Notes under the pieces: model-generated
Told to the model about the DNA's origin: nothing
The model's database searches: none
Seen by the model: only the letters and a program-made list of their open reading frames with translations
Position numbers and translations under genes: made by a program
Source: Octopus vulgaris
Lineage: Eukaryota
Length of the DNA stretch: 64,000 nt
NCBI GenBank assembly: GCA_951406725.2
Contig: OX597819.1
Span: 70,308,001-70,372,000 of the forward strand
Direction: 5' to 3'
Part shown: positions 59,765-64,000 of the stretch, in pieces
Layout of the letters: each line of letters starts with the position of its first letter
Numbering within the stretch: position 1 is the first letter of the stretch

Positions 59765-62554
59765 AACAGCAAACAAGATGAGGACAAATATCCATGAAAT
59801 GTAAATGATGTTGATGATGATGATAATAGGTAGGAGCATTTAAGTGCCAGAGGTCACTGAATACTGTATAACTTTTAAGAATCGCTTATCTAGATTAACA
59901 TACACTCATTTCCTCCTTTTCACATGGTCTTGGAACAGTTAAAGGAATTGTTTGTTTTGCTCTTACATAGACATAAAGTCTCAGATTGATGGAGAAAAGA
60001 AAATGAAATTGTGTGATGTGTTTATTTTTTGCTCCCAAGAGCATTAGCAGTTGGCTGTACGAAGTGAAATGGCTCCAAACACTTATTGAAACTAGGTCAC
60101 GTAGAAAATTACTGCTCCATTTTGGAAACAAATGCTTCCAGCAGGTAATATCTAAGAAACTGGTAGCTGCAGGCAGTTTTTATGATTTCAGTCATACAAT
60201 TATTAATCAATAGATAACAATGCAGAGTTGCAGTTTCAAATCCTGCTTAACCTCTCTGTAAATATATCCCTCTTGAAATACATTGCTTTTGTTACAATTA
60301 ATTTTGAAAATGATGAAAAATTTACTGAAATTTATGTTCCAAATACCAGTATTAAACTGGTGTTTAGAACATAAATCAACTTGGAAAACCCTTTCGTTAC
60401 CTTATGTCTAATGAAATACACTGATTTTGTTAGAAATAATTTTGAAACATGGGGTGGTGGGGGTCACACACATCTTTGTATATTCATGCACATGTGTATG
60501 TACAACAGGCTTCTTTCAGTTTCCATCTACCAAATACACTCATAAGGGTTTTGGTTGGCCAGCAACTATCTTTTACTTGCTTCAGTCATTAGACTGTGGC
60601 CTTGCTGGAGCACTACCTTGAAGAATTTTACTTGAAGGAATCAACTCCAGTACCTTCTTTTAAAGGTACATTTATTGAAAGAACTTTCTCAGTATTAAAC
60701 TGGTGTTTGGAAAATAAATTTACATGGAATTTTCACTGGAAATTTTGATTTCAATCACTTTTAAACAGCGAATTTGTATCATAGAAGTAGCAGTGGTCTA
60801 GGATGGTCAGTATTCTAAGATTTAATGTAGATTCTGTATTTGTAAAAAGGAGTTTTTTTTTTCTCTTTTACACATTTCCAATAATTATTTGTCAGAATTA
60901 GAATATGAGCAGAACCTTCAGAAACACATCACATAATGCACCAAGGCCCAATAAAATTTTGCTGCAAAATGTTTTAGTTTTGAAGTGAATGGTTTTAATT
61001 TGTTTGTTAAATCTTGGCACAATAATAGAAAATAGATCTTTCTGATGTATCTTTCTTTCCAAGAGATTTTAAAAACACAGCTCAATTGATTGAAATTGAA
61101 ATTAGAATGGGTATCAAAATCACTTTGTGAATACTCTGCTATACTCTTTAAACCAAAGTCTTGGTTTTTTTGTTTTTGTGTTGCTGTCACTTTACTGGCT
61201 TTCTTAACTAAAGTTAGGTTAATGCTGAAATATTTAATGTAATGACCATCAAAAAGCTAATTAATAATAATGTAAAGAAGAAAAGATAACATAAACTGGA
61301 TAACAAATAAAATTTCAAGATGGGAGGTAACTTGGTACATGTTTATATATTATTAGATCTCTTCAGTGAAACACTTTGCTATACTAAATGAAGTAGTGAT
61401 GGGATAATCAAATACATATTGAATGTTAGACATAAGTCTATGTTAAAAATTAATACATTTTTAATAAATGGAAGCTAATTACTCAGAAACACTAGCATTT
61501 AACTGTTGTGATGTCTCTAGTGCAAAACCCAGTTTATGTCTTATGCACAATTAGAAAGTCTGCAACTCTACAACTCGGAGTTGTCTCCCTTCAAAAAGGT
61601 ATTTTAACTATGTTTTTTTTTCTTTGCTACTACCACCACTAATTACTACTACTACTACTACAACTACTACTTTTGATCTGAGGCCAACCAGAGCCTTGTG
61701 AGTGGATTTGGTAGACAGAAACTGAAAGAAGACTGTTGCATATATATATATATATATAAAGACACACACACACATATATATATATATATGTGTGTCTGTC
61801 TTTGTGTCTGCCTCCCACCACCGGTTTTGGTTTCTTTATGTCTTCATAACTTAGCAGTTCAGCAGACAGGGCTGATAGAATAAGTACCAGGCTTTTAAAG
61901 AAAGTAAGTATTAGGATCGACTAAAAATTTTCGAAGGCCATGCCATAGCATGGCCATAGTCTAATGACTGAAACATGTAAAAGAAATACATACATATGTA
62001 TGTGTGTATGTGTATATATATATATCTGTGTATATATATATATATCTGTTAGGACGTACAAGCGTTGGGCCTCGCATTGAGCCTCAGGGAGGCAAAGTGA
62101 TTGAGTTCCTTTCGGCATTGGGCTTCACAGAGGCAAAGTGACTGAGTTCCTTTTGGTATTGGGCCTCGGGGTGGCTGAGTTCCTTTCAAGAAAAATCTTC
62201 TCACTTACATAACTGGCACTCTGTTAGTTACAATGATGAGGGGTCCAGTTGATCTGATCAGTGGAATAGCCTGTATACGAAATCAACATGCAAGTGGTTG
62301 AGCACTCCACTTAACATAACTCTCATAGAAATTTAGTGTGACACAGAATGTGACAAGGCTGGCTGAGAGGACTGGAGCAATGAGAAATAAAGTGCCTTGC
62401 TCTGGGACATAATGTACCACCAGGTATTGAACTCATGTCCTTACACTCATGAACCAAATACCCTAACCACTAATCCATGTTCCTTCACAAATGTATAGAT
62501 ATGTATGCATATATATGTGTGTATGTATATATATATATATATACATACACACCT

Positions 62555-63250
62555 GGATGTGTAATGTCAGTGTGCATACATGACAGAGTGTGAGTGCCAT
62601 GAGAGAAAAGTTGGACATAAGGAGCATCAGATGTGATGTGCAAGAGAGACTGCTCTGGTATGGTCATGTGTTATGTATGGATGAGGCCAGCTGTGTAAGG
62701 AAGTGCCACACCCTAACTGTGGAAGTGGTAGATCCAGGAAGACATGGAATGAGGTGATGAAGCATGAACTTCAAATGTTGGGCCTACAGAGACAATGACA
62801 GGAGACTGAGGCCTTTGGAGATATGCTGTGATTGTAAAGACCTGGAAACTAAAGTGAGATTGCAGCCATGGCTGATGCCAGTGTTGCATGTCTGGCCCAT
62901 TTAAAAGTAGCCTTGATGCGTTGGGTGATATGATATGCTTGAGAAGACCTGCTGATTCAAGGAAGACCAAAATCGTAGCTGTGACCAGTGCCCCCTGACT
63001 GACTCCCATTCCAGTGACACATAAAATACACCATCCAAACATGGTCGATGCCAGTGCCTCCTGATGCCGGTGGCACGTAAAAAACATCCACTACACTTTC
63101 GGAGTGGTTGGCTGTAGAAAGAGCATCTAGCTGTAGAAATACTGCCAGATCAGATTGGAGCCTGGTGCAGATGCTGGCTTTCCAGACCTCAGTGAATCCG
63201 TCCAACCCATACTAACATGGAAACCGGACGTTAAATGATGGTGATGATGA
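62555..63250 (+). mobile_element. RTE LINE 3' end with 3'UTR tail
   Basis: Degenerate REKLDI..IRC..QE..L.WYGHV frame followed by GTGGCACGTAAAAA unit and (TGA)n tail. Confidence 0.75.
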
Positions 63251-63747
63251 TGTGTGTGTGTATATATGTGTATCATCATCATTGTCAACATTTGTCATCT
63301 GTTTTCCGTGCTGGCATGGGTTGGACAGCTTCACAGGAACTGACAAGGCCCAGGGCTGCACATGTTCCATAATCTGTTATAGCCTGGTTTCTATGGCTGG
63401 ATGTCCTTCTTGATGCCAGCCACTTTACAGAATGTACTGGGTACTTTTTACATGGTACCAGCACCCACACCAATTTTTTAATGTGGAACCTTGGTTTTAG
63501 GATCTCAGTTCTGCTATGGTGGCCATGTCTTCTTGAGTACTGCAATGTGTCACATATCTCAGTCATCTGTCATCTTCATAATGTTTATAATGTCTTTCTG
63601 GGTTTCCCTTTTCCACAACTTCCCTCTACTAAATGATCAGTTCTTCTTTATGCAACTGTCCTCCACCATCTGCATCACATGACCAAACAAACACCATCTC
63701 TTTTGCATATTGCATATAATTCTTCTTATGGCCAACTTCTCTCTTAA

Positions 63748-63970
63748 CCCATTAAGTCCCACTGTCCTATAAATAGGACACTAAATGAAAACATTAAATA
63801 AGCTATATCACATTGTCTCAGTGCCCTATTTATAGGACACCTAGTATTTCCATTTCTACTTGAAGTAAAGGAGTTTTAATAATTATATTTTTCATTTTAA
63901 CCTATTTTCAATCATCTGTGAAAATTTAAAAGTAATATTCAAAAATTTAAGTACTCTGGGACTTAACGGG
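63748..63970. mobile_element. piggyBac-like MITE (third family)
   Basis: TTAA|CCCATTAAGTCCCA...TGGGACTTAACGGG|TTAA; internal palindromes TGTCCTAT(AA/TT)ATAGGACA-like at about 63763 and 63821. Confidence 0.8.
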
Positions 63971-64000
63971 TTAATAAAATATTGTTCTGTCACATATGCA

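Larger units (their letters stand above)
59354..59805. mobile_element. Inverted pair of tRNA-headed hammerhead elements
   Basis: Symmetry centre near 59590; both arms retain CTGATGA and GAAA. Confidence 0.8.

Noticed and set aside
59971-60144. Possible + strand exon with AG/GT boundaries
   Set aside because: Stops in all three frames and no recognisable homology.

Overview
AT-rich, microsatellite- and transposon-dense eukaryotic DNA. The repeat content resembles coleoid cephalopod (Octopus-like) genomes, which is an inference. One host gene is well supported: SSRP1 (FACT complex subunit) on the + strand, 16 coding exons from ATG 24364 to stop 53907 (2226 nt, 741 aa). All introns are GT-AG and phase-consistent, and the CpG-rich promoter carries E2F and ETS motifs. 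The rest is mostly mobile-element debris: R4/Dong-type LINE 3' ends in (TAA)n tracts, RTE and CR1 fragments, several tRNA-derived SINE families, Helentron-type elements, piggyBac/Tc1/hAT-type MITEs, a 610-bp palindromic MITE and a 2.1-kb MULE-like element upstream of the promoter. The most notable signal is a short non-coding element joining a tRNA-like Pol III head to a type I hammerhead-ribozyme core, present three times as head-to-head inverted pairs. Several unrelated hammerhead-like motifs also lie in Penelope-like repeat contexts. Almost all ORFs in the provided track are microsatellite or repeat artefacts.
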